This document shows, one piece after another, positions 43,360 to 52,512 of a stretch of 64,000 nucleotides of DNA (the first letter of the stretch is position 1; every line of letters begins with the position of its first letter). Under the pieces are notes generated by a model. The model was given only the letters and a program-made list of their open reading frames with translations. It did no database searches and had not been told where the DNA came from. Origin of the DNA: Planctomycetota bacterium (GTDB lineage: Bacteria > Planctomycetota > UBA11346); the NCBI GenBank assembly GCA_038231435.1, contig JBBRLJ010000021.1:31868-95867 (forward strand), given 5' to 3'. A program made the position numbers and the translations under genes.

Positions 43360-43388
43360 TTGACTGGGTTTACACGGAAGCGTATGGT
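43360..43388 (+). promoter_or_regulatory. Sigma-70-type promoter of the PTS IIA genes
   Basis: TTGACT-N17-TATGGT in an AT-richer intergenic region. Confidence 0.6.
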
Positions 43389-43452
43389 GCGAAACTCCTT
43401 ATCGGCCCATGCCCCCAATATACACCATATCCATGCCGAGAGACGCGATCCG

Positions 43453-43926
43453 ATGAGCGCCTTGCGCATGTCCCAGGTGATCGTGGGCAAAGCCTTCACG
43501 ACCCTTCCGGCCGACCCGGACAAGCGCACCGTGATCGCGACGCTCATCGAGGGGTTGGCCCGCGCCAAGAAGATCGCCCCCGACACCGCGAGCGTGGTGC
43601 TCGACGAGGCCATGAAACGGGAAGTGATCGGCTCGACCGGCATCGGCCACGGGATCGCCATACCGCATTGCCGCACCAATCTGGTGAAGGACATCGTCTG
43701 CGCCTACGGGCACAGCGAGGCCGGCCTCGACTTCGACAGCCTCGACGGCGAACCGGTGTACAGTGTCTTCCTGCTGCTGACGCCGCCCGATCAGAAGGAA
43801 CAGCACCTGCAGTTGATGAAGAGTTTCGCGAGCCAGATCCGCAAGGAACACTTCTGCGAATTCCTGCACCAGGTGACGAACGCCCAGGCCCTGATCGACC
43901 TGCTGACCGAATTCGAGGCGAGATAG
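43453..43926 (+). CDS. PTS IIA domain protein (Fru/Ntr type)
   Basis: REVIGSTGIGHGIAIPHCR, FDSLDGEPV, HLQLM. Confidence 0.92.
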   Translation: MSALRMSQVIVGKAFTTLPADPDKRTVIATLIEGLARAKKIAPDTASVVLDEAMKREVIGSTGIGHGIAIPHCRTNLVKDIVCAYGHSEAGLDFDSLDGEPVYSVFLLLTPPDQKEQHLQLMKSFASQIRKEHFCEFLHQVTNAQALIDLLTEFEAR

Positions 43927-43931
43927 GCCGC

Positions 43932-44393
43932 GTGGCCGATCCCCTGGTGGATCTCGGCCCCTTCCTCCACGTGGAGCGGGTGGTATTCCTCACCGGCTCG
44001 CCGAGCAAACGCGACGCGCTGCTCTACGTCGCCGAGGTCACCGCCGCGAAATTCCCTCCGAAGGATCGCGCGGCGTTCATCAAGGCGATCTACGAGCGTG
44101 AGGACGTGACCTCGACCGGCATCGGTTCCGGCGTCGCCATCCCGCACGCGCGCCTGCCGTCGCTGCCCGGTTGCGTGATCTCGGTGGCGCTGTGCGTGCA
44201 GGGCATCGATTTCGCCTCCCGCGACGACAAGCCGGTCCACATCCTCGCCATGATCGCGGCTCGCGACGTCGACCGCTCCGAGCATCTGCGCGTGCTCGCG
44301 AGCATGGCCTCGCGCCTTCAGGACGCCGAGTTGCGCAAGCGCCTGCTCTCGGCTCGCGACGCCCAGGCGGTGATCGACATCCTGAGGTCGTGA
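43932..44393 (+). CDS. PTS IIA domain protein (Fru/Ntr type), second copy
   Basis: GTG start; REDVTSTGIGSGVAIPHAR, DDKPVH, HLRVLA. Confidence 0.9.
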   Translation: MADPLVDLGPFLHVERVVFLTGSPSKRDALLYVAEVTAAKFPPKDRAAFIKAIYEREDVTSTGIGSGVAIPHARLPSLPGCVISVALCVQGIDFASRDDKPVHILAMIAARDVDRSEHLRVLASMASRLQDAELRKRLLSARDAQAVIDILRS

Positions 44394-44610
44394 GGGCGGG
44401 GCTCAGGCCAGCGGCCTTTCCCCAGGGTCTCCGAGCGCGATCCACGCATGCCAGGGCCCTGGCCGGAGCGGAAAAAGGCGGTTGAACCGCTGGCGACCAG
44501 CCGATGATGCCGAGCCCGTTTTGGCCCGCTCATCGCGCAGCGGGCTCGCCTTCAGCATCACCGTCAGCCAGTCACCAGGGCTCGTCGAGAGCTCACCGAG
44601 AGGTCATCAC

Positions 44611-45939
44611 ATGCAGGTTCAGATCGCCGACGCCGGACACCTCCGCAAGAAGCTCACCATCTCGTATTCGACCGACGAAGTCCGGGCGCGCCGCGCCCAG
44701 GTGCTGCGCCAGCTCAGCGGTGAGGTCAAGCTGAACGGCTTCCGTCCAGGCAAGTCCTCGACCGCGGTGGTCGAGAAGCGCTACGGCGCCGCGGCCGAGC
44801 AGCGCGCCGAGGAGCTGCTCGCCGACGAGGCGCTCAACCAGGCGGTGAAGGAGAACCAGCTCAAGCCGATCGGTCCGATCGCCAACGAGGAGGTCAAGCG
44901 CGAGGCCGGACTGACGCTGGTGCTCAGCTTCGAGATCAAGCCCGCTATCACCCTGCCCGACCCGAAGTCGATCACCATCGAGGACACCAAGGTCGACATT
45001 CCCGAGGCCGAGGTCGACAAGGCGATCGATTCGCTGTGCAAACGCGCGGGTGCGATGGAAGCGCTCGGCGACGGCGAGACCATCGCCGAGGACGACAGCG
45101 TCACGCTCTCCGGCAAGGTCATGGTCGGCGACGCCGAGGCGCGCACGATCACCGACTTCCACCATCTCGTCGGCGGCTATCCGCTGTTCGGCAAGGCTCC
45201 GGCCGACGTCATCGCTGCGTTCGCGGGCAAGAAGGCCGGCGACGCCGTGACCATGACCAGCACACTGCCGGCGACCTTCACCCCGGCCGAACACGCCGGC
45301 AAGGAAGCGCGCATCGACGTCACCATGGTTGGGGTCCAGCGCCTGCGCGCGGCCAAGGCCGACGATGATTTCGCGAAGCGCATGGGCGTCGAATCGATCG
45401 CCAAGCTGCGTGAGCTCATGAAGGGACGCCTGCAGGGGGCGCGCGAGCAAGAGGTCCGCCAGAAGCAGGTGAAGGATCTCGCCGAGGCTCTGACCGAGAA
45501 GACCCAGGTCGACGTTCCGCCGAAGCTGCTCGAGGCGGCGCTGGCGCAGAACCTGCAGGCCGCCGTCGAGCGCGCCACCAAGGAAGGCAAGACCGGAGCC
45601 GATCTCGACAAGGCGAAGGCCGAGGCCGAGGACAACGTGAAGAAGGGCGTGAAGCGCTTCCTGATCCTCGACGCGATCATTGAGACCCGCAAGATCGGCG
45701 TCAGCCGTGAGGATCTCGAGGACCAGATCCGCATGGCCGCCGGCCAGACTGGGCGCAAGCCCGAGGACATCGCCAAGCAGCTCAAGGAGAGCGGCCAGGT
45801 GAACCAGGTCGTGCAGGAAATCCGCGAGGCCAAGGCGCTCGAGATCTACCTCGATGAGGTGCTCGGCCGTCCGGCGCCGGCGGCGAATCCGAGCCACGGC
45901 GACGTCGGCCACGTGCATGGGCCTGACTGCAATCATTGA
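44611..45939 (+). CDS. tig: Trigger factor
   Basis: GAGG RBS, ribosome-binding GFRPGK, FKBP-like middle domain, helical C domain; His/Cys tail. Confidence 0.9.
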   Translation: MQVQIADAGHLRKKLTISYSTDEVRARRAQVLRQLSGEVKLNGFRPGKSSTAVVEKRYGAAAEQRAEELLADEALNQAVKENQLKPIGPIANEEVKREAGLTLVLSFEIKPAITLPDPKSITIEDTKVDIPEAEVDKAIDSLCKRAGAMEALGDGETIAEDDSVTLSGKVMVGDAEARTITDFHHLVGGYPLFGKAPADVIAAFAGKKAGDAVTMTSTLPATFTPAEHAGKEARIDVTMVGVQRLRAAKADDDFAKRMGVESIAKLRELMKGRLQGAREQEVRQKQVKDLAEALTEKTQVDVPPKLLEAALAQNLQAAVERATKEGKTGADLDKAKAEAEDNVKKGVKRFLILDAIIETRKIGVSREDLEDQIRMAAGQTGRKPEDIAKQLKESGQVNQVVQEIREAKALEIYLDEVLGRPAPAANPSHGDVGHVHGPDCNH

Positions 45940-45941
45940 AA

Positions 45942-46298
45942 TCGGGGGCTCCGCCCCCAAACCCCCACGGCCTTTGTCGTCCTTCTTTTTGGCCCTACGG
46001 GCCAAAAAGTTTGCGTGATGGGCTTGCGCCCATTGTTCACGCAAACCAGGACTCGGCGGCCGGTCGCTTCGCTCCGGTTTTGACGGAGGCTCTGCCCCCG
46101 GACGCCATGGCTCACACGGCACCCATGGCAGTCTACGTGCTTGGGGGCCCCACGCTCCGCGATGGGGCGGGCGCCGAGGGGCGGTCGGCGGATATAATCG
46201 GCGCAGCCGATCCGCCGACGATTTCGCCGGCTCCCGGCGAAATCGAGCCCCGACAAAGCCCGTGGGGTAGGCCGCTAGGCCGTAGGGGCGGAGCCCCT
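45942..46298. repeat. Composite element of two inverted structured repeat units (copy B + strand, copy C - strand), BIME/MITE-like
   Basis: GGGGCTCCGCCCC at 45945 vs GGGGCGGAGCCCC at 46285; CCCCACGGCCTTTGTCG at 45962 vs CGACAAAGCCCGTGGGG at 46251. Confidence 0.8.
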
Positions 46299-46322
46299 GA
46301 CAAACAATCAGCCGCCGCTAGC

Positions 46323-47678
46323 ATGTCGGGCCCGGGAGATCCCATGCTCGATGCCGCCAACCTGGTGCGCGATGGTAAGATCGATCCCGACGCGATGGCC
46401 GCGGCGAAGGCGGACGGCAACGAGCTGGTGACGGCGCTGCGCGCCGCCGTCACTGCCGCTGTAAATGCCGATGCCCAAGCCCCGGTGCGGCTCGCCGCGC
46501 TGGCGATCCTCATCGGCACGGGCAAGCACCAGGCCGCTCTGCCGGCGCTGGTGCCGCTGCTCGAGCGCGACGGAGTCGCCGGCAAGGCGGCGGCCTGGGC
46601 GCTCGCGCAGCTCGCCGCCGAACGCGAGCTGCTCTCCGCGGTGACGGGCGGCAAGCTCGACCAGCGCGACAACGGCTATTATGGTTTGATGGCGCTCGCC
46701 GCGCTTGGCGGGGCGAGCGCCGGCCTGGGCGAGGTCATCGCGCGCCAGGTCGATACCGAGATCGAGCGCGCCAAGGGCGGCGGCACCGGCCTGGGCGAAC
46801 ACGCCTGCCGCGTCCTCGCCATCCTCGGCGCGAAGAACGTGCCCGAGCTGGCGCAGCGCGTGATCGAGAACGACCGCTTCTGCGATCGCTTCGAGCTGCA
46901 GCGCCTGCGCAAGGCGGTCGAGGACGGCGGTCGCGACAGCGCTAGCGTCCGCGATTTCAGCGCGCCGTGGGCGGCGGTGTTCGCCGACAGCGTCTATGCG
47001 CCGCCGGCTCCCGCACCCGCTCCGGCCCCTGCTCCGACGGCCAAGCTCGCGAGCGCGCCATCCGCCGGGCGCCCGGCGCCGGGCGCGAAGCCGCCGCTCG
47101 CCCATCCGGCGGGCAAGCCGCCGGCCGCCAAGCCCCCGCAGCCTTCAGCCGCCGGAGCCGCCGGAGCCGCCGATTCCGGCGATGACGATGCTGATGATCT
47201 CGGCCCGGATGGGGAAGACGCGGCCGCGCTCGCCGGGAATCCGGCCGCAGCCGGCCCCGCAGCCCAGCCCATCGACTGGAAGGACTTCCTCGCCAGTCCC
47301 GAGGCCGCCTCCCTCGCTCCCCAGGTGAAGACCCTGACCGCCCAGCTCGGCCCGGTGCTCGAGCAGCTCGCGGTGCGGGCGATCCAGGCGCCGCTCACCG
47401 ATCTCAGCGGCCAGGAGCTCGCATCCCTGCTGCTGCAGGTGCTTCCCCAGGCGCTGCCTCCGCAGGCGGTGCAGGCGGCACTCAGCCCTCAGGGGCTCAA
47501 CGGCTTCCAGGCGATCGCGAAGTACCTGTCGCGCACCGGTCTCGCGACCGCCGGCGACGATCTTGTCCAGGGCGTCAAGATCGTGCGCTCGGAACTCGCC
47601 AACCAGGTGCGACAATCAGGAATCCTCGGCGGCCCCGATTATTCGGATCCGGACGAAGCACCCGCGCTGAAGAAGTGA
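46323..47678 (+). CDS. Hypothetical protein: helical-repeat N domain, Pro/Ala linker, helical C domain
   Basis: Typical codon bias; start chosen after the repeat element. Confidence 0.7.
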   Translation: MSGPGDPMLDAANLVRDGKIDPDAMAAAKADGNELVTALRAAVTAAVNADAQAPVRLAALAILIGTGKHQAALPALVPLLERDGVAGKAAAWALAQLAAERELLSAVTGGKLDQRDNGYYGLMALAALGGASAGLGEVIARQVDTEIERAKGGGTGLGEHACRVLAILGAKNVPELAQRVIENDRFCDRFELQRLRKAVEDGGRDSASVRDFSAPWAAVFADSVYAPPAPAPAPAPAPTAKLASAPSAGRPAPGAKPPLAHPAGKPPAAKPPQPSAAGAAGAADSGDDDADDLGPDGEDAAALAGNPAAAGPAAQPIDWKDFLASPEAASLAPQVKTLTAQLGPVLEQLAVRAIQAPLTDLSGQELASLLLQVLPQALPPQAVQAALSPQGLNGFQAIAKYLSRTGLATAGDDLVQGVKIVRSELANQVRQSGILGGPDYSDPDEAPALKK

Positions 47679-47685
47679 AGGCCTC

Positions 47686-47710
47686 GTCCGTGGTCCGTGG
47701 TCCGTGGTCC
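47686..47710. repeat. Heptanucleotide tandem repeat (GTCCGTG) x3.5
   Basis: gtccgtggtccgtggtccgtggtcc, intergenic just after a stop codon. Confidence 0.85.
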
Positions 47711-47766
47711 ATCCGCAGCGGCATAGGGCCCGTCTGCAGCGTGCTGTCCGACGACGGACGTGAGCC

Positions 47767-48561
47767 ATGACCATCTTCCGCCCCTGCATCGATCTCCACG
47801 ACGGCAAGGTCAAGCAGATCGTCGGCGGAACCCTCAGCGATGATGGCGCCGGGCTGAAGACCAATTTCGTGGCTGCGCAGCCGGCCGAGCATTTCGCCGC
47901 GCGCTACCGTGCGGACGGGCTCGACGGCGGGCACGTGATCAAGCTCGGCCCGGGCAACGACGCGGCGGCGCGCGCCGCGCTCGCGGCCTGGCCCGACGGG
48001 CTCCACGTCGGCGGCGGCATCGACGCGGACAATGCAGCGGCCTGGATCGCGGCGGGAGCGGGCAAGGTCATCGTGACCTCGTGGCTGTTTCCCGACGGAC
48101 GTTTCGCGCTCGAACGGCTCGAAGCGCTCGAGCGCGCGGTCGGGCGCGAGCGGCTGGTGGTGGATCTCAGCTGCCGCGCGCAGGGCGTGGGCGCGGACCG
48201 GCGCTGGCTGGTGGCCATCGAGCGCTGGCGGCGCGTCACCGATGTCGCGCTCGACGCCGCGCGGATCGCCCAGGTCGCCGAGCATTGCAGCGAACTGCTG
48301 GTGCATGCCGCCGATGTCGAGGGCCTGTGCCGCGGCATCGATCACGAGCTGGTCGCGGCGCTCGGCCGCTGGTCGCCGATCCCGTGCACCTACGCCGGCG
48401 GCGGCAGCGACCTCGCCGACCTGATGACGGTCGACCGACTGAGCGGAGGGCGCATCGATCTGACCTTCGGCAGCGCCCTCGACCTGTTCGGGGGGACGCT
48501 GGTGCGCTACGCCGATTGCGTGGCCTGGAATCGCGCGCAGGCGCGGCGACGGCCACGCTAG
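47767..48561 (+). CDS. hisA: ProFAR isomerase, eukaryotic His6-type
   Basis: FRPCIDLHDGKVKQIVGGTL, GGHVIKLG, VIVTSWLF, HAADVEGLC.GID, TYAGG, DLTFGSALDLFGG. Confidence 0.93.
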   Translation: MTIFRPCIDLHDGKVKQIVGGTLSDDGAGLKTNFVAAQPAEHFAARYRADGLDGGHVIKLGPGNDAAARAALAAWPDGLHVGGGIDADNAAAWIAAGAGKVIVTSWLFPDGRFALERLEALERAVGRERLVVDLSCRAQGVGADRRWLVAIERWRRVTDVALDAARIAQVAEHCSELLVHAADVEGLCRGIDHELVAALGRWSPIPCTYAGGGSDLADLMTVDRLSGGRIDLTFGSALDLFGGTLVRYADCVAWNRAQARRRPR

Positions 48562-48613
48562 GCGCGCTCGGCCGGGCTTCCCCCGCCGGCCGCGCGGCTA
48601 GGATGTGCGCATC

Positions 48614-49594
48614 ATGATCCTGCCCGCGCGCACCTCTGCCGTTGCCGGTGCCGTCGACCTCGCGCCCGAGATCGCGCGCCTCAAGCGCGAACTCGACGCG
48701 GTGATCCTCGCGCATTATTATCAGGACGCCGAGATCCAGGACGTCGCGGATTTCATCGGCGACAGCCTGCAGCTGGCGCGCGAGGCGGCAAAGTCGAAGG
48801 CCAGCACCATCGTCTTCTGCGGCGTGCACTTCATGGCCGAGACCGCGAAGATCCTCAGCCCGGAGAAGCTGGTGCTGCTGCCGGATCTCGACGCCGGCTG
48901 CAGCCTCTCCGAGAGCGCGCCGGCCGAGGCCTTCGAACGCTTCGTGAAGGCGCATCCCGGCCACGCGGTGGTCACCTACGTCAATTCGTCCGCCGCGGTC
49001 AAGGCGCTGTCGGATTACTGCTGCACCAGCTCGAACGCGGTGGCGGTGGTGAACAGCATCCCGCGGACGACGCCGATCATCTTCGCCCCAGACCGCTACC
49101 TCGGCGACTACGTCGCGCGCAAGGCCGGTCGCGAGCTGGTGCTGTGGGAAGGCAGCTGCGAGGTGCACGAGCTGTTCAGCGCCGAGGCGATCTCGCGCTT
49201 GAAGCAGGAGCACCCGGGGTCGATCACCCTGGTCCATCCCGAATGCCCGGCGGCGGTGCGCGCCCTCGGAGACGTCGTCGGATCCACCAAGGCGCTGCTC
49301 GACGCGGTGCGCGGCGGGCGCGCCGACGCCACCTACATCGTGGTGACCGAGCCCGGCATCATCCACCAGATGCACAAGGCGCAGCCCGGGGCGACGTTCA
49401 TCCCGGCGCCCGCCGATATCCGCGGTGGCGAAAAAGGCAGTTGCACGTCGTGCAACACCTGCCCGCATATGCGCAGCAACACCCTGCAGAAGCTCTACCA
49501 GTGCATGGATGCGCGCGCGCCCGAGATCCGCTTGCCGGCCGACATCATCGCGAGGGCGAAGCTGCCCATCGAACGCATGCTCGCCCTCGGGTAG
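48614..49594 (+). CDS. nadA: Quinolinate synthase
   Basis: ILAHYYQ, GDSLQL, FCGVHFMAE, AGCSL, YVNS, CEVHE, HPEC, TE.G, CPHM. Confidence 0.97.
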   Translation: MILPARTSAVAGAVDLAPEIARLKRELDAVILAHYYQDAEIQDVADFIGDSLQLAREAAKSKASTIVFCGVHFMAETAKILSPEKLVLLPDLDAGCSLSESAPAEAFERFVKAHPGHAVVTYVNSSAAVKALSDYCCTSSNAVAVVNSIPRTTPIIFAPDRYLGDYVARKAGRELVLWEGSCEVHELFSAEAISRLKQEHPGSITLVHPECPAAVRALGDVVGSTKALLDAVRGGRADATYIVVTEPGIIHQMHKAQPGATFIPAPADIRGGEKGSCTSCNTCPHMRSNTLQKLYQCMDARAPEIRLPADIIARAKLPIERMLALG

Positions 49595-49770
49595 CTCGCT
49601 TCCCGTCAGGTGAAACGTGGTAACGGCACTGTCTGCGTCGCTCGGCCAGGCCGGGTGTCACAAGGCGTGGCCACGGCACATTTGATGGATATGATCGGCT
49701 TCGCTCAATTAAAGGCCGCGGCCGCGGCTTGGCCGCTGCCCCCGATCCGCGCTGTAAACCCCGTCCCCGC

Positions 49771-52476
49771 ATGGAATCACACATGACCCAGCTATCCAGA
49801 TCCCTCGTCCTCGTCGGTTCCGCGCTCGCGCTCGCCCTGGGCGGCGGCATCGCGCGCGCCGCGGACACCAACATCTGGATCGAGGGCGAGAGCGCGAAGA
49901 CCAAGCAGCTCGGGGACAACAGCTGGTACAACAGCGTGAAGAAGGGCGCTCTCTCGGGCGGCGCCTGGGCATCGAACTGGTCGCCCGACAAGGACGGCCT
50001 GCTCGACTTCGACGTCTCCGCTCCGGCCGACGGCGATTACACGCTGTGGGTGCGCGCGAATCCGATCGGCGCGACCATGTCGGTGAAGATCAACGAGGCG
50101 GATTGGAAGCCAGTCGACCTCGGCAAGAACATCGACAACGCCAACATCGCCGACAACGACGCCCCGGACATGCGCTTCATCGCCTGGGTCAACACCGGCA
50201 AGGCGACGCTCAAGAAGGGCGCCAATGCGGTGTCGTTCAAGATGACCTCCGGCAACAACCACTGCGGTGCGCTCGACTGCTTCCTCTTCACCACCAGCAA
50301 GTCGTTCATTCCCGCCGGCTCGGCGCAGCCAGGCAAGAAGCTCGGCCTGGCCGATCCCGGCACCTGGGCGTTCGAGCCCGACGCCGACGACTTCGATCCG
50401 AAATCGTTGCTCGACCTGCGCTCACTCAACGAGAAGAAGGCCGGTGAGTCGGGCTGGGTGACCCGCACCGCCGACGGCGACTTCGCGCTCGGCAATGGCA
50501 AGCCGGTGCGCTTCTGGGCGGTCAACGACAATGTGTTCGAGCAGCCCGACGAGGCGCTGAAGACACACGCGCGCTTCCTCGCCAAGCGCGGCGTGAACAT
50601 GGTGCGCTTCCACGGCCACTTCCAGTCTGACAAGGCCGGCTCGAAGATCACCGACGTCAACGACGACCAGATCGACAAGTGCCAGCGCTTGGTGGCGGCA
50701 ATGAAGGAGGAAGGCATCTACACCACCGTCTCGCCCTTCTGGGCGACCAGCGGATCGCAGGCCAGCTGGGAGATCCCCGGCCATCCAGGTGGCGCGATGT
50801 TCGGCCTGGTGTTCTGGGACGAGACCACGCAGAAGGGCTACAAGGCGTGGATCAAGGAGCTGTTGACGCGCAAGAATCCCCACGGCGCGGTTCCGCTCGG
50901 ACAGGAACCGGCGCTGGGCATCTTCCAGATCCAGAATGAGGACAGCCTGCTGTTCTGGACCCTCGGAACCGTGAAAGGCGAGGAGAAGAAGCGCCTATGC
51001 AAGCACCAGGGCGACTGGGCCGCGAAGAAGTACGGTTCGCTCGACAAGGCCAAGGAGGCCTGGGATGGCACCGGCGCCGATGGCGATGATTTCGCCAACG
51101 GCCAGGTCGGCATCGTCAACCTCTGGGAATACAACGCCGACGCCGGCGGCGGCAAGGGCAAGCGTCTCGCCGACCAGCTCGAGTGGCTGTCTGAGACCAT
51201 GCACGATTTCAACCAGATGGTCGACGACTACGTGCACAAGGAGCTCGGTTGCAAGGTGCTGATCAACGCCGGCAACTGGCGCACCGCCAACCAGGTGAAG
51301 ATGCTCGACGCCGAGCGCTGGTCGTACTCGGCGAACCAGGTCATGGGCGTCAACCGCTACGTCGACTTCGTGCACATCAATCCGACCGCAGGCGAAAAGG
51401 CAGGCTACCTGGTTTCGAGGGGCGACTTCTTCGAGGACAAGTCCTGCCTGCTCAACCCGCGCACCATCCCCACCAGCGACAAGCAGGTGGTCGGGTTCCC
51501 CTTCATCATCTCAGAGTCTACGTGGGTGCCGCCGATCCAATACGCCTCCGAGGGCCCGATGCTGGTGGCCGCGTACAGCTCGCTCTCGGGCGTGGACACC
51601 TACTACTGGTTCGCGCTCGGCAGCGTCGGCTACGACCGTACCATCGGCAAATGGCAGGCTGCCAACCCCGCGATGATGGGCGGCTGGCCGGCCGCGTCGC
51701 TGCTGTTCCGCAAGGGCTACGTGAAGAAGGGCGAGCCGGCGGTGCACGAGGAACGCGCGCTGGAGGACGTCTGGAAGGCGAAGGGCATCATCATCGCCGA
51801 GGATGAGGGCTTCGATCCGAACCGCGATTCGGGATCCATGCCCAAGGAATCGAACGTCAAGGCGGGCGCGAACCCGCTCGCCTTCCTGGTCGGACCGGTC
51901 GAGGTCGTCTACGGCGGCGATCCGAAGAAGAGCAAGGTCGTCGACTTCGCCAAGTACATCGATGACGGCAAGAAGACCGTCACCAGCGACACCGGTGAAC
52001 TGATGCTCGATCACGGCAAGGGCTACTGCACCATGGACGCGCCGAAGGCGCAGGGCGCGACCGGCTTCCTCTCGAAAGCGGGGACTATCACGCTCAAGAC
52101 CATGACCATCGATTCGGCCAACGACTACGCCACTTACATGGCGGTGCCGCTCGACGACAAGGAGCTCAAGGATTCGCAGAAGATCCTGCTCCAGGCTACC
52201 ACCATCTGCCGTCCGCACGGCTGGAAGCAGACCGCGACGGAATTCCAGGATGGCGACAAGCACAGCCACCAGGGCTTCCGCATCGATGACACCGGCAGCG
52301 AACCGTGGAACGTGGCGAACGCGCAGGCCACCATCGGCATCAAGAACGCGAAGCTGACCAAGGCGACGCAGCTCGATGCCAACGGCATGGCGCTCAAGGA
52401 GATCCCGGTCGAGGCCAAGGGCGGGACGCTGACCATCAAGCTTCCGGCTGACGCCCTCTACATCGTCCTCCAATGA
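49771..52476 (+). CDS. Secreted clan GH-A-like glycoside hydrolase with an N-terminal beta-sandwich (CBM-like) domain
   Basis: Signal peptide; RFWAVN, RGVNMVRFH, QIQNED (putative acid/base), IISE (putative nucleophile). 49783 is an alternative start. Confidence 0.65.
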   Translation: MESHMTQLSRSLVLVGSALALALGGGIARAADTNIWIEGESAKTKQLGDNSWYNSVKKGALSGGAWASNWSPDKDGLLDFDVSAPADGDYTLWVRANPIGATMSVKINEADWKPVDLGKNIDNANIADNDAPDMRFIAWVNTGKATLKKGANAVSFKMTSGNNHCGALDCFLFTTSKSFIPAGSAQPGKKLGLADPGTWAFEPDADDFDPKSLLDLRSLNEKKAGESGWVTRTADGDFALGNGKPVRFWAVNDNVFEQPDEALKTHARFLAKRGVNMVRFHGHFQSDKAGSKITDVNDDQIDKCQRLVAAMKEEGIYTTVSPFWATSGSQASWEIPGHPGGAMFGLVFWDETTQKGYKAWIKELLTRKNPHGAVPLGQEPALGIFQIQNEDSLLFWTLGTVKGEEKKRLCKHQGDWAAKKYGSLDKAKEAWDGTGADGDDFANGQVGIVNLWEYNADAGGGKGKRLADQLEWLSETMHDFNQMVDDYVHKELGCKVLINAGNWRTANQVKMLDAERWSYSANQVMGVNRYVDFVHINPTAGEKAGYLVSRGDFFEDKSCLLNPRTIPTSDKQVVGFPFIISESTWVPPIQYASEGPMLVAAYSSLSGVDTYYWFALGSVGYDRTIGKWQAANPAMMGGWPAASLLFRKGYVKKGEPAVHEERALEDVWKAKGIIIAEDEGFDPNRDSGSMPKESNVKAGANPLAFLVGPVEVVYGGDPKKSKVVDFAKYIDDGKKTVTSDTGELMLDHGKGYCTMDAPKAQGATGFLSKAGTITLKTMTIDSANDYATYMAVPLDDKELKDSQKILLQATTICRPHGWKQTATEFQDGDKHSHQGFRIDDTGSEPWNVANAQATIGIKNAKLTKATQLDANGMALKEIPVEAKGGTLTIKLPADALYIVLQ

Positions 52477-52512
52477 TGTCGCGGTAGCCGTCGGCGCGGC
52501 CCGTCCACGGCC

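Noticed and set aside
45936..46322. N-terminal extension of the 580-aa ORF, and ORFs over 23888-24286
   Set aside because: These are translations through the structured repeat elements; similar peptide text appears at both loci.
23893..47710. Repeats as a CRISPR array
   Set aside because: No regularly spaced identical repeats with unique spacers, and no cas genes.
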